A stretch of DNA of 64,000 bases, taken from the NCBI RefSeq assembly GCF_006345805.1, contig NC_042998.1, positions 4,836,001 to 4,900,000 on the forward strand. Direction: 5' to 3'. Below the pieces are notes generated by a model. That model was not told the origin of the DNA. It was given only the letters and a program-made list of their open reading frames with translations, and made no database searches. The DNA is from Octopus sinensis. Its lineage: Eukaryota. Each line of letters starts with the position of its first letter. Position 1 is the stretch's first letter. A program made the translations under genes and the position numbers. Of the stretch, positions 26,173 to 39,535 are shown piece by piece.

Positions 26173-26323
26173 CGAGCAAAACAAAAAACTGTTCTCAGTA
26201 TTTAAGGAAGCTGACAAATACAAACAAGAAATCATACCACCTAATAAACATGAAGAAGAGAAGATGAAGAGCAACAAAAGCTATAAAACAATGAAATCCA
26301 AACTAAAATAGAACAGCAACGAA
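26171..26323 (+). mobile_element. Possible R4/Dong-type LINE fragment starting directly after (AAT)n, cut by the gap
   Basis: HEQNKKLFSVFKEADKYKQEII resembles the post-RT region of R4-type ORFs (from memory only); abuts (AAT)n at 26097-26170. Confidence 0.35.
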
Positions 26324-26423
26324 NNNNNNNNNNNNNNNNNNNNNNNNNNNNNNNNNNNNNNNNNNNNNNNNNNNNNNNNNNNNNNNNNNNNNNNNNNNNN
26401 NNNNNNNNNNNNNNNNNNNNNNN
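26324..26423. other. Assembly gap (100 N)
   Basis: Run of exactly 100 N, typical of a scaffolding gap of unknown size. Confidence 0.99.
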
Positions 26424-27561
26424 GAAAAACCTTTTCCAATGTTCTCTTATTAATCCGGTAACACAGGAATGGCGTGATTAGAATAAACCATGTGAAGGCC
26501 GTTTATATAAAATATCGTTAACAAGAATCTTCCAAAGACACGAGGCGCGTTCCTCATGCAAGGCATGGTCAGTAATATCACTTTCTCCAAAGACTTCAGA
26601 GATAAAACAGCAAGTGGTACCTAAGGAAGAAGATCAAATAGTAGATAAACTGTAGCAGTGGCTACGGAGAATTTGTATTCTAGATGAGAAGAGAGTGATT
26701 AAGATAATTTGTGTGAGCGGGATAGAATAGTGGGTAGCGAATGTGTTTGAGGACTGAAATTTGTACTTCAGTGAACTGTCTGGAGGCAATCGAAAGCGGT
26801 ATCAGGCGAATTTGTGTACGACAATTCCTCTACAAGAATTCTTTTAGAGCAATTTTTCTACGGAAACAATTTATATACGATCACACACACACACACACAC
26901 ACTTTCGATCACACACACACGCAATGCATACAACCACACAGATGCATACAACCACACGCACATACAATAACACACACATATATACAACCACACACACACA
27001 CACGTTCATACAACCATATACACATACAACCACACACGCATAAATTGTTGTGTATGAATTGTAGGCGAATTGAGGTAGACGTATTCACCTAGAACCATGC
27101 TAAGCACCTTATGAGGTCTAGTCATTTTGTTGGCTTATCTAATGGTTGCTCTTTCAAGTGATCTCTAAGCCATTCATGAATTGACTTGCGGTTCAATAAA
27201 ATTATAAGCAAACTCATTCCATCAATGAACGTCTTTTTCTTTTTGGCAAAGTATGTTTAAAATTACTGCAAAGTATGCTTAAAATTACTCCTTTCAATTT
27301 AAAAGATTTTAGGGTTATATTTCAATAGTATTTGATTATAATTTGTTGTTCTTCGAACATCTGCGTACAGAATTTTGTTGAGAAATATTACCCCAACAAA
27401 GATTGAGCTTTTTCTTTCATACCAACGCAAGAGAACATCTAAGAAACGTAATACTGCTTAATAAGTAAACTATGACTGGATGCTGATCATGGAAAACCTG
27501 TAAAGGTTGCAAGAAAATTAGACAAACATGATCATTGGGTGCTTAATATGTACGTACTGAA

Positions 27562-27998
27562 AGGCGGCGAACTGGTAGAAACGTTAGCACACCGGGCGAA
27601 ATGGAAATGCTTAGCGGCATTTCGTCTGCCGCTACATTCTGAATTCAAATTCCGTCGACGTCGACTTTGCCTTTCATCCTTTTGGGGTCGATTAAATAAG
27701 TACCAGTTACGCACTGGAGTCGATATAATCGACTCAATCCATTTGTCTGTCCTTGTTTGTCTCCTCTGTGTGTAGCCCCTTGTGGGCAGTAAAGAAATAA
27801 GAAACGTTAGCACACCGGACAAAATACTTAGCGGTATTTCGTCTGTCTTTATGTTCTGAGTTCAAATTCCGCCCTGGTCGACTTTGCCTTTTATCCTTTT
27901 GGGGTTGATAAATTAAGTACCATTTACGTACAGGAGTCGATCTAATCGACTGGTCCTATCCCTCAAAGTTTGGGGCCTTGTGCCTAGAGTAGAAAAGA
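27562..27998 (+). mobile_element. SINE family B dimer
   Basis: Head plus core plus AGTAAAGAAATA, then a second AGAAACGTTAGCAC...core unit with a different 3' tail (GGCCTTGTGCCTAGAGTAGAAAAG). Confidence 0.85.
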
Positions 27999-29619
27999 AA
28001 AGCATATGAGCATACTGAAAAAATCGTATTTGAGTTAGTGTAGAGGACAGATGACCGTTAAAGAGAAAAGAATAAAATAGGCGTGTGTTCTATAAATGGA
28101 GATTCTCTCTGAGATGAGACGACATAATACAAGCTCTGAGATATGAGACGGATGCAGACATGAGAATAGTGATTCATCCAATCATTTCTTGTCAGTAACT
28201 GAGAATGTTTTGCATTCTTCATTTCTAATTCTCATTCTTCTTACGTCTTTACTGTGCTGCAACTTCAGTTCGTTTAGGGATGCTTTTTTCTCAAAACCGA
28301 TTAAAATGTTAAAATACGCAGCACATGATCTATTGTATATTTAACTTTCACTGCTCATACCAAATTTTTACAGATATCAATGTAGCACTTTTTAATTTAG
28401 TTTTTAGCTATAGAATCCTCTACTAATGCACTTATAGGCCTCAACACGTACATCCACATATGTATAGATACGAACATCGAAAAACTGGTTCATCAAAGGT
28501 AAATCAACATACACTAACTCACCCATATGTATGCATTAGCATAATCATTGAGTTGTTAATACAGTATTCATAAGTTTATATACATAAAAAATCACCTTTG
28601 AAATATTTATCTCTTTCTAAAAAACGTAATTTAATCGATTGTAAAGGAAAATTTTGTGTATGCATTTGTAGATATCTATATATACTGAGATCTATATATA
28701 AACGGGCAATCAGTAGCTCTTAGAGATTGTATTGATTTATGCTGCCTTATGACTTATATAAACTTTGGGTGTTGCAGCAGGAAATATAAACATAGATATA
28801 AAACTTGTGAAAGATAAGTAAATCCTGTTTTCTTTTTCTTTTTAATGTGAAGATATACTAATATTATATTAAATATTCTGATGATATATTATGTAGTGCA
28901 TCATTCCAAAACAGGCCACGTAATAAAGGATATAATATTTACTGATGAAATATTATAATGTTGTATATATGAACCTTATATATGCTGCCAATACGTACCG
29001 TCAAGATAGGAAAACGTTTTTTCAAATATATTTCCAATAATCAATATTTATAAAGGGAACTGAATGTATAAAATGATTTGCAATACATAGTAAGATCTTT
29101 TTCGCTGGTTGCAAATGTCCCCAAAGTTAGTTTTAGATTTTATACTTCGAAGAACGATAAAATATCTGTATTCAAATATCCTAGATGATTGAATACGTTC
29201 TAATTTACCACCACATCAGAGACTGAATAAAAAAAGCCAAAGATTTCTAAATTGTTTATCATTGTTCGTCTGTTTATCTGTCTTTCCTTTCTGTTCCACC
29301 CTGTCACTTTCGCCCTCACTCTGTATCTCTCTCTGTATACATATAAATGTGCGCATATGTATCCATATATAATTACACATACATACACACGCGCGCACGC
29401 GCACGCACACACACATACACCTATGTACCAAACTAGAAGAATGTGTGCTCAACACTGGGAGGGTCGATTCACAAATATAACATCGGAGTATAATTTGTGA
29501 ATCGTTGTGGAAAAATTGGTTATTTTTGTCGTCACCAAGGAATCTTGTATTTCAATAAGGTTTACAATATTTATTACAAACATATATATATATGGATGTA
29601 TGTATGTACACGCACATAT

Positions 29620-29672
<53 letters not shown>

Positions 29673-29954
29673 TACTCTATCCTACATATGTGTGTTTGTA
29701 AACTTATGTAGCAGACATATTACAGGCGTGGTATATTTAACTGTTTCTCCGTAGATAATGACGAATATCCTTAATCAATTTCCTAGGCTTATTCAGTTCT
29801 CATTAGAGGTGTCTACATCATTTGACTAATCCATGAGAAGTAAGAAGTTATACTGTTTATGTACATAAGATATCCAGTACCTACAGAGAAGTGGAGCTAC
29901 TAATTTGCATACCGTGTTTTAATATTTCATTTAATGTCAATATATATATGAATA

Positions 29955-29996
<42 letters not shown>

Positions 29997-30010
29997 GGAT
30001 AGATAGATAG

Positions 30011-30070
<60 letters not shown>

Positions 30071-30229
30071 CTCGTTGGGACCCACAGATATGTACACAAA
30101 AGCATATTCACGGCGAAAAAACCAATTGCCACTCCTTCAATGACTACAGTGACGCGTACACAAACACTTACAAACACACACATAATGTGTGTTTGCGCAT
30201 GCGTATATTATTCTTTCTTTTTCAAGAAC

Positions 30230-31014
30230 ATCATCAGGCATGTCATAACTTGCATGAAGACCCGTGAACGCATAAGCAAAATTTTCAGTTTTGTGAAGTG
30301 TCCGAAACGAACATGCTTTGGTTTTTCTCAGACGAGAAGAATTTCTGCCAGGATCAGAAGGTGAACACACAAAGCAACCATTGGCTTGCTGTGTCCCCTA
30401 AACATGTACAGAGAGTGATAAAAAATCAAACATCATTGCGTTGGAGTGATCCCTATTGATGGCGACGTTATGCCTGCACTCATCTTCCCACGTAGCGTAA
30501 GACTCAACACGAAGGCCTACATCAAGTGCCATGAGGTGCTAGTGCTACCCTAGGTCAAGAGTGTAGAAGTCCCTGAGTCTGGCGACAGAACTCTGCACTG
30601 TGCCGCACAAGCAGAATAACCCGGTCATGGCTGTCAGACAATATCTGCGACCACATCACACCTAACATCTGGCCACTTAATTCCCCATGCTGTAACCTCC
30701 TTGATTATTATGTGTGGGGTGCAGTTGAGCGAGACACCAACTATACTTCTTGTAATAACAAAAATGAAATGAAGGCAAGGATTATGGCAGCATTCACCAA
30801 CTTAAACAAAGTACCCGTCCAAAAGAGTTACAGGAGATTCCGAAGTCGTCTAGAGGCGGTGGTTGAAGCCAATAGCAATTTTATTGAATAAATTTACTCT
30901 TTAGTATTTCAAAATATTTTTATGTAATTTTGGTGAATATAACTGTTAAAATGAGATGTGAGTATTATTTTCATTTTTGTGTCATTTAGACGATATTATA
31001 TTCACCGCACCCTG
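30230..31014 (+). mobile_element. Decayed DD37D (maT-type) Tc1/mariner element, 3' half with right TIR
   Basis: WFFSDEKNFCQDQKVN, then WRQ(N)SA...WPLNSPCCNLLDYYVWG with exactly 37 residues between the second and third catalytic positions; ends CACCGCACCCTG|TA. Confidence 0.9.
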
Positions 31015-31659
31015 TACATATACAAATAAATATAAATATACACATAAATATATGCATACTCACATATATGTGTGTTTATCTATATATATCTTTACACACT
31101 CACATACATACATGAACAATAATTTGCGAATATTACCTGTGTTTTGAATTTGCTTTAAGGTCGACGGTTTAAATTTAGAGGGTTAGAGTGGAGTTACGAG
31201 ACAATTCCATTTAACATATATAAAATACGATAAAAGAATTGACAGCAAATACACTCAAGTAGAATTTTGTCACTTAAATATTTGGTGCCACAAAGGTTAT
31301 TAGAAAATTGGATTGAAGAATATAAAATAGAAATTAGATTAGCATAAACCCCAGCTTAATAGTAGCCTCCGAATGTCCCTTGAATATTGAAATAATGCTA
31401 TACAGAAACAATTGTCAATAAGTATGCGATGATGATAAGAATATTAATATTGCAGTATCACATAAAACAATTTATAGAAAACTCCTATAGTTCTATTACG
31501 TGCATATTATGGCTAGTGGAAGCGGGAATCTAATCAAAGATAGTGTAGATAGAAAAGCATGAAAAAGGCAAGTCATAAATTGTAGTCGTTAGTTAGAAAC
31601 ATGGATGTATATGAAGCAATATAGATTAATTTACAAGAAATCGGTATCTAAGAGGCCTG

Positions 31660-33040
31660 GGGATTAGGCTTTAAAAGAATGCCTCCCACGTATCCTCTGC
31701 GAGTCGTAAAAGGTGACTGAAAAGGGAACCATAACAGTAACGGGGGTCCGTTACTGTTTGGTTGGTACCAGCAGGATCTTTAAAGCGACATATCCTAATA
31801 CAGTTGTTGTGGTAGGATGAGTTTGGGTCGCCTTTAAATAAGCCTAGCCATGCTATGTACCGTGCGACAGCGGTGCAGTGCGAGAGATACGGAAGATCTT
31901 GATTAAGTGACAGGTGTTGTGGTAACCCTAGATGCGGCAGTCGCGCTACGGCAAAGAAGGCAACTGGAAACCGCTTCTTTACTTTACAATTCCCATGAAG
32001 AAATATGGATAGTCACAATTCAATGCTGGCAGATAACGGCCTCTAATGAGAATGGTTTCTCGCCCGGTAGGTAATCCCTGAGCAGCAGATGGTCCTGACT
32101 GCCAGCAAACTACTTTTAGAAACAGAAATATCATTGGAGTTGGAAGCTTGAATGTGAGAACTTTATATGAAAGTGGCAAGCTTGAAAACGATAAGCAAGA
32201 AAGGAGACTAAACAACACATTGGGCAGAAATGAAACACGGTTGCGGAATAATGGTGACTCCATCATGAATGATTTCAAGATGTTTTATACAGATGGAAAC
32301 AAACATAATAAAGGAGCAGGACTACTGTTAGATCCTGATATGGCAAAATGTGTCTTTAGCTATTGGACAGTAGGTGAAGGAGTTCTGTTGTTCTAACCAC
32401 ATGGGCATCCTTTTAACATTTCCCTCATAGTTGTTTACGCACCCACAGCAGATAGAACAGAAGCGGAGACTGGTGGTGGTGCGAGGCACAGAATATGATT
32501 ATTACGAACACATGGTTTAAGGAGCATCATAGAAGGGTTTAGACGTGGAAGGGCCCAGAAACCACATTGGTTATACAGGCATCAATGACAGATTTAAAAG
32601 ATCAGTAAAACATGCAAAAACATATCAAGGAGCAGACTTTGGAAGCGACCCTGTACCAGTAGTTTGCACACTACAATGTTAATTAAAGAAGTTGAAGAAA
32701 GCAAGAACTTCAAATGAGGTGGATTTTGATCTGTTAAATGTGTCAGATGTGCAGGTGGAGGATGCTATCACTATAGAGAACAGATGTAATAATATAGAGA
32801 ACAGATTGATAATGGCATGGAGATTACATGAAAATAATTAGAGTCACCTTAGTAGATACAACCCAGGATATCCTACCCAAGAAAAAACCTATTAAAAATA
32901 GGATTACTGAAGAGATCGTTTCAATGATGAGTAAGAAATAGAGGATCGGGAACAGGAAACACAAAGCGTATAGGGAGCTGGACACACTGACTAAACGGAG
33001 CCTGCGTTGGAAACTATCAGCTTGCATAAAGATTAATGCT
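31660..33040 (+). mobile_element. RTE-clade LINE, 5' UTR plus decayed APE endonuclease; RT region absent
   Basis: GSLNVRTLYESGKLE...ETR...KGAGLLL, VVYAPTA, NTWFKEHHRRV*TWKGP, SVKHAKTYQGADFGSDPVPVV. Confidence 0.88.
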
Positions 33041-33756
33041 AAATCAACTATGCGGACAAAAATTAAATATACTCAAAAAATTGAAAGATTATATAGAGAC
33101 AGAGATGAGAAAGAAGTTGGGGAGATAAATTGGTTGTTATATAAACAAAAGTAAAATAGCGTAAATGAAATCAAATTGTTTTATGTGTTTAGATACTAAG
33201 ACTCAACACGTATAAAAGGTGAAAGTCAACCATATACAATATTATTACAGAATATTAAACATGCGTACAAGGTTCAAATGTTAGTGATAATACAGACCAA
33301 ACGTTTAAATGTATAAGTTAATTAGTAAGGAAGTAGAGACTGGGAAATAGAAATGTAAAATGTTATTATGAATTATTAAAGCAATGAATAGAGTTTTGAA
33401 ATGAGATTAGGCACTATGTATGTTTGAATTAACTGTACAGTGAATGACGATGAATAGTGGTAGAAAACGTGTTAGTGAAAATGGATATTGTTGGACATAT
33501 TAATATATAAATGGACGTGATCTTTTAGTTACTAGCGATACAAACATGACGCAGGCAGTAACCAATTCGAATTAGAAGAAAAAATTGAAATGAAATAAAA
33601 ATTATAATGTTTAAACAAATCACAATAAAATAATTATAAAGTTTGTGGTGATGCATGAATTCTATAAATCGTTAAGCTTAAAAATTGTTTATAACAAACA
33701 CTAATGTGTAATATAGTTGCTTATGGATAGAAATATATATATATATTGTATTTTAA

Positions 33757-33890
33757 GGCGGTGAGCTGCCAGAATCGTTACAAATCCGAGCCAAGTGCTA
33801 GGCGGTATATTGTCCTTCTTTACGTTTTGATTTCAAATTTCGTCGCTGTTGATTTAATCTTTTATCATTTCGGTGTCACATTATCCAAGA
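33757..33890 (+). mobile_element. Degenerate SINE family B copy
   Basis: GGCGGTGAGCTGCCAGAATCGTTAC...TTCAAATTTCGTCGCTGTTGATTTAATCTTTTATCATTTCGGTGTC. Confidence 0.6.
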
Positions 33891-34036
33891 TTCCATTAGT
33901 TTTGAAAGTCCCAACCTTCCTGTACAATCAGTGTAAACCGGTATTTGATGATTTTCTTTCCTTAATTTTACGTTTACTGGCTTCTGTCCATGCTGAGGAT
34001 CTTAATGTGATTGGCTTTACTTCACACTCATTTCCA

Positions 34037-34110
<74 letters not shown>

Positions 34111-34128
34111 GTATCTATCTATCTATCT

Positions 34129-34797
34129 GTCACGCCTCCTTCCTTCAAACTGGAAGGAAGAGCTATTTTCACCATCCTTGTGGCTATGGCGAAAGAATGT
34201 GTCTGGTGGACGCGTCTGAAAGGATTGGAGACAAACAAACACTTTCCTCTCTGGTCAATCTCTCAACTTCTTCAAGTATCACTTGAAAAGGAAAGTGAGA
34301 GTAGAGAGGCAAGTTTTGTCTAGCGAATGTTTTAAAAAAAGATGGGTGAATGTAGCAAGGATGACACGTATGAATGACGAAGCCACCTTGAGCATAATCC
34401 TATGAACCCAGAAATTGAAAACAGAGGATTACCCACTTGCAAACAAATGTGGTAAAATGTAACAATATTGACCGAGGTTACCGTGTTTTTTTCCGTAGGC
34501 TTTTCTTCCCACGGATAAACCTTATCTGCTTCCCCCTTTACACCGTACAACATGACACTGTGATACACGATCCCTATTGATCGTTTTTTTTCTTTTTCCC
34601 CTTTTTTCCTTTTTCTTCACCTTTTTTTCTTTTTTCTTTTATTTTGCTTCTTTTCCTTTTTTTCTTTTTTTCTTCTTTCCCTTTTACGATCCCTTTTGAT
34701 CGAAAACCTACCCCACTTTTTTTTTTCCAAAAAAGGAAAAGCTCTACTTTGTAATCTGTCCCGTCTGTGTGCAGCCCTGTGTGGCTAATAAAGAAAC
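34129..34797 (+). mobile_element. 5'-truncated Tx1-clade LINE (ORF2 C-terminus and 3' UTR), flanked by (TATC)n
   Basis: Homologous to 39974-40673 (VTPPSFKLEGRAIFTILVAMAKECVWWTRLKGLET...); TATCTATCTATCT at the 5' junction and a long (TATC)n at the 3' end. Confidence 0.9.
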
Positions 34798-34798
34798 A

Positions 34799-34927
<129 letters not shown>

Positions 34928-34928
34928 G

Positions 34929-35058
34929 TTTTTTCTTTCCTTTTTGTGATCCCTTTTGATCGAAAACCTACCCAATTTTATTTTTCTCACCAAAAAGAAA
35001 AGCTCTACTTTGTAATTTGTCCCGTCTGTGCTCAGTCCTGTGTGGCTAATAAAGAGAC
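34929..35058 (+). mobile_element. Short 3' fragment of the same Tx1-like LINE
   Basis: GATCCCTTTTGATCGAAAACCTAC...AAGCTCTACTTTGTAATTTGTCCCGTCTGTG...GGCTAATAAAGAGAC; flanked by (TA)n. Confidence 0.85.
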
Positions 35059-35109
35059 ATATATATTATGTATATCTATATATGTATGTATATATGCACA
35101 CACATATGT

Positions 35110-35145
<36 letters not shown>

Positions 35146-35204
35146 ATATGTATATCTATCTATATATTAATATCTATATATCTATACACACACACACAAA
35201 CACG

Positions 35205-35236
<32 letters not shown>

Positions 35237-35588
35237 CACAGACACAAACACACACACACAACACACACACTAACACTCATATATATAACATACACAATTT
35301 CTAATGATTCGTGGCACAATCACTTAAAACAGCAGCATTTTAAAAGACTATATTACACTTCACTTCGCTGCATATTTTTCATAGAAATTAGTTAATAGCA
35401 AGGTAGAGGTACGTTTATTGTGGTATTATTTAAAAGTTATATTTTTACTTAGATTCATTACATTTTAACTAATACTATTTCAAAACTTTCTACATATCTT
35501 TTTTATTTAACGAATTACACCATAGAATTTATGTATTTTCAGTTGGCAAATAATAATGCAGGTGAACATATGTTCGTAAGTATGTATG

Positions 35589-35620
<32 letters not shown>

Positions 35621-35684
35621 ATGTGTGTATATGTATATATATACATCCATACATCCATACATATATATACATATATATCCATCC

Positions 35685-36078
35685 GTGGCTGTGTGGTAAG
35701 TAGCTTGCTAACCAGCCACATGGTTCCGGACTCAGTCCCACTGCGTGGCATCTTAGACAGGTGTCTTCTGCTATAGCCCCGGGCCGACCAATGCCTTGTG
35801 AGTGGATTTGGTAGACGGAAACTGAAAGAAGCCTGTCGTATATATGTATGTATATATACATGTGTATGCGTGCGTGTGTTTGTCCCCTTAGCATTACTTG
35901 ACAACCGATGCTGATGTGTTTACGTCCCCGTCACTTAGCGGTTCGGCAAAAGAGACCGATAGAATAAGTACTGGGCTTACAAAGAATAAGTCCCGGGGTC
36001 GATTTGCTCGACTAAAAAGGCGGTGCTCCAGCATGGCCGCAGTCAAATGACTGAAACAAGTAAAAGAGTATAAAGAGT
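35685..36078 (+). mobile_element. SINE family A
   Basis: GTGGCTGTGTGGTAAGTAGCTTGC ... GGCGGTGCTCCAGCATGGCCGCAGTCAAATGACTGAAACAAGTAAAAGAG. Confidence 0.88.
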
Positions 36079-36106
36079 AATATATATATACATATATATA
36101 TATACA

Positions 36107-36163
<57 letters not shown>

Positions 36164-36764
36164 GTGTGTGCGTGTGTATGTATGTATGTATAAGACGTGA
36201 CAGAGGGGGGGAAGGTAAGTGAGAAACAGAAATAAAGAAAGCGAGCAAGATAGAGAACTAGATGTAGGTGTGGATAAACATCCACATGTGCCTCTATATT
36301 TATAAATATACACCATCTACACGCACAAACACATCTATAGTATAGGTGTGTAGCTATATATGCATAAGGTGTACGTGCGAATATAAATGAGCGTGAATGT
36401 GTGCTTTCATGTGTAGATGTGTGTGTAGATATGTGCGAAAGGCATTCCTTTTTTTTGTTTTTTTTTTCTAGTTGTGCAGAATAAAACTTATATTTACAAT
36501 TCTATAAATAATAACGTATCACTATTATTCATTAGAGTAATATTATATGCAAAACATGTTTCCGTTATACTAACATTGAATGTGATTATGCTTTTTTTTT
36601 TCATATATTTTACCCACAATTGAAGTAGGAATGTGTTAAACAGGTAGCTTCACATCATTATATAAATATTTATTGGGTTTTTAATGTCTAGTGTCACATG
36701 TATTTAGTACAGACACACTCACAGTTACACAGCTCTAATAATGCGTGTTCACACACACACACCA

Positions 36765-36809
<45 letters not shown>

Positions 36810-37001
36810 GTATATATATATTGGAAGGTTTTGAGATGATGTACAGGTATTATATATTAGAGGAAGGAGGTACTCAGAAATTCGGATGGTTTTATATTTA
36901 CAGATATTTATTTGTATATTACATGTTTTTTTACATCATATAACTTAGATCATATGTTAGCGCTTTTTCCCATTCTAGTGGGGTTTTCAAATCGAACTCT
37001 A

Positions 37002-37086
<85 letters not shown>

Positions 37087-37087
37087 C

Positions 37088-37140
<53 letters not shown>

Positions 37141-37204
37141 ATATATATAGTGGGAAATAGAGCTACAACAGTTGTTTTGTGCTTTGTATGAGGTATGGTG
37201 TTCT

Positions 37205-37507
37205 GTAATTAATCACAATCCAAGAAGTTTTTCGAGATGTAGAATATCACGTGTCATTTGTTAGTGGCAGTACCAATGTTTGCCTCCGAGTACTCTGCCA
37301 CCCCAGTTTCCCACAGGAGAAACCAGTTTTGTTACTATACAACCTCCTGCCAAACACCCTTGGGTGGATTCCCAATCAAAAAGTTTGGGATGTCCTTCCT
37401 TAAATGAATTTACCATGCATAGTAACCTGGGTCTTGTGATACAATCTATAATTGAAGAATTCAACAAGAATCCCCCAATTCTTGTACCATTATGGAAGTC
37501 CACCTGA
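37205..37507 (+). pseudogene. VPS37A: VPS37A-like (ESCRT-I subunit, UEV domain) intronless frameshifted fragment; probable processed pseudogene
   Basis: Across frameshifts it reads IQEVFRDVEYHVSFVSGSTNVCLRV / LPPQFP / QEKPV / VTIQPPAKHPWVDSQSKSLGCPSLNEFTMHSNLGLVIQSIIEEFNKNPPILVP. Recalled human VPS37A reads IAEIQKDVEYRLPF...LLPPQFPQEKPVISVYPPIRH...NNFTMHSDLGKIIQSLLDEFWKNPPVLAP. At least 3 indels and a stop at 37505-37507. Confidence 0.85.
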
Positions 37508-37899
37508 AGATTGTCGAGATCAAGACAAGAAACAATTGTAGTGGCAGTTTTTTTTGACTATTTATTAAATTTTATGTATTGATTAAGTCTTTCCTTGTTT
37601 GTTTTGCAAAATAGTGGTTTTGTCTCTAATATATTTTATAATATTTTCTATAAAATTGGATTTAATCCTAAATCTGATTTTTTCTCCTGTAAATTTGGAT
37701 TTTCCCTAATATTTTTTATTATATTATATATAATATATATATATTATATATATATATATATATACAACACACACAACACATTATTAGATAGATTGACAGA
37801 TATATATAATGTGTGTGTGTATATATACATATATATTACATATATATATATAGATATTATATACATATACATACATGTATTTATATAAGTATATATGTA

Positions 37900-38028
<129 letters not shown>

Positions 38029-38683
38029 GAATGAATGTGTGTGTGGTTCTGTGTGTGTGAGTGCGCATTTGTGTCTGTACAAATGACTCCCTTTTATTCA
38101 ATGTATATTGTTCATTAAAATCATTTTCGCTATTTTATATTTGATTATTACTAAGAATCACTTGGTTCATATTTGTTGCTGCTACTGATGAACACAATAG
38201 AATATTGAGATACAGTCAAGTAAAAACACACCTATGAGTGCTTATATAGATTGATAGACATAGGCCTTTGGAGTGTTTTGCCTGTGGGGAAACTGAGGGA
38301 TTAATGTGATCTAAATATTATACTGATAAAAGTACATATATGAATATGTAAGGAAAATTATTAATGAATGAGCACCCCACCACACACACATACTCATAAA
38401 CCAACAAACACACATAAAATAATAGCACACGTATGTATGCATAAAATATGACGTGCGTATGTCTGAGTGTATATATGTGCAGATGTAGACCTGTACAAAT
38501 ACGTATTCATACACACGCAAATATATCTGTGTAAGAGAAACGGGAGTGTCACTGTGAGTGTTGTGATGTGTATATGTGTACATATATATGATATATATAT
38601 ATATGTGTGTGTGTGTAGGCATACATAAATATATATATATCTAAAAATATATATTTATATATATAAACATATACACGCATGCA

Positions 38684-38725
<42 letters not shown>

Positions 38726-38980
38726 TATATTCATATTGTATACATCTGCATGTATGTATACACAGACATGGACGCAAACATAGGTATATATACAGAATAA
38801 TATAGACAAAATTATATGTATACAGACGCTTATATATCTCTAACCATATAAGTGGATAAATATATGATATACATATGGCATAAAACTTGACTAATTCAAA
38901 TTATGTGTCTGCGTAAGTGTGTGTATGATAGATAGATATATAGATAGATAGATTGACAAATAGATAGATTGATAGATAAA

Positions 38981-39023
<43 letters not shown>

Positions 39024-39071
39024 TCATATAGATAGATAGATAGAGAGACAGATAGACAGACATATATATAT

Positions 39072-39138
<67 letters not shown>

Positions 39139-39456
39139 TATATACTATGCAAGCATATATATAACACGTTTAAATATATATGTAAATATGTATATTTTAT
39201 GTTTATGTGTGTATGTATATATGTGTGTATATATATATGTAAATATGTGTATATATATATACATATATACATATATATATACATATATACATATATATAT
39301 ATACATATATATATACATATATATATATATACATATATACAAACACACATATACATAAAATATAAACATATATACAAACAATGTCTAAAACATAGATTTA
39401 ATAAAATATACATATTTCCATATATATTTAAACGTGTTATATATGCATGCAGAGTA

Positions 39457-39534
<78 letters not shown>

Positions 39535-39535
<1 letters not shown>

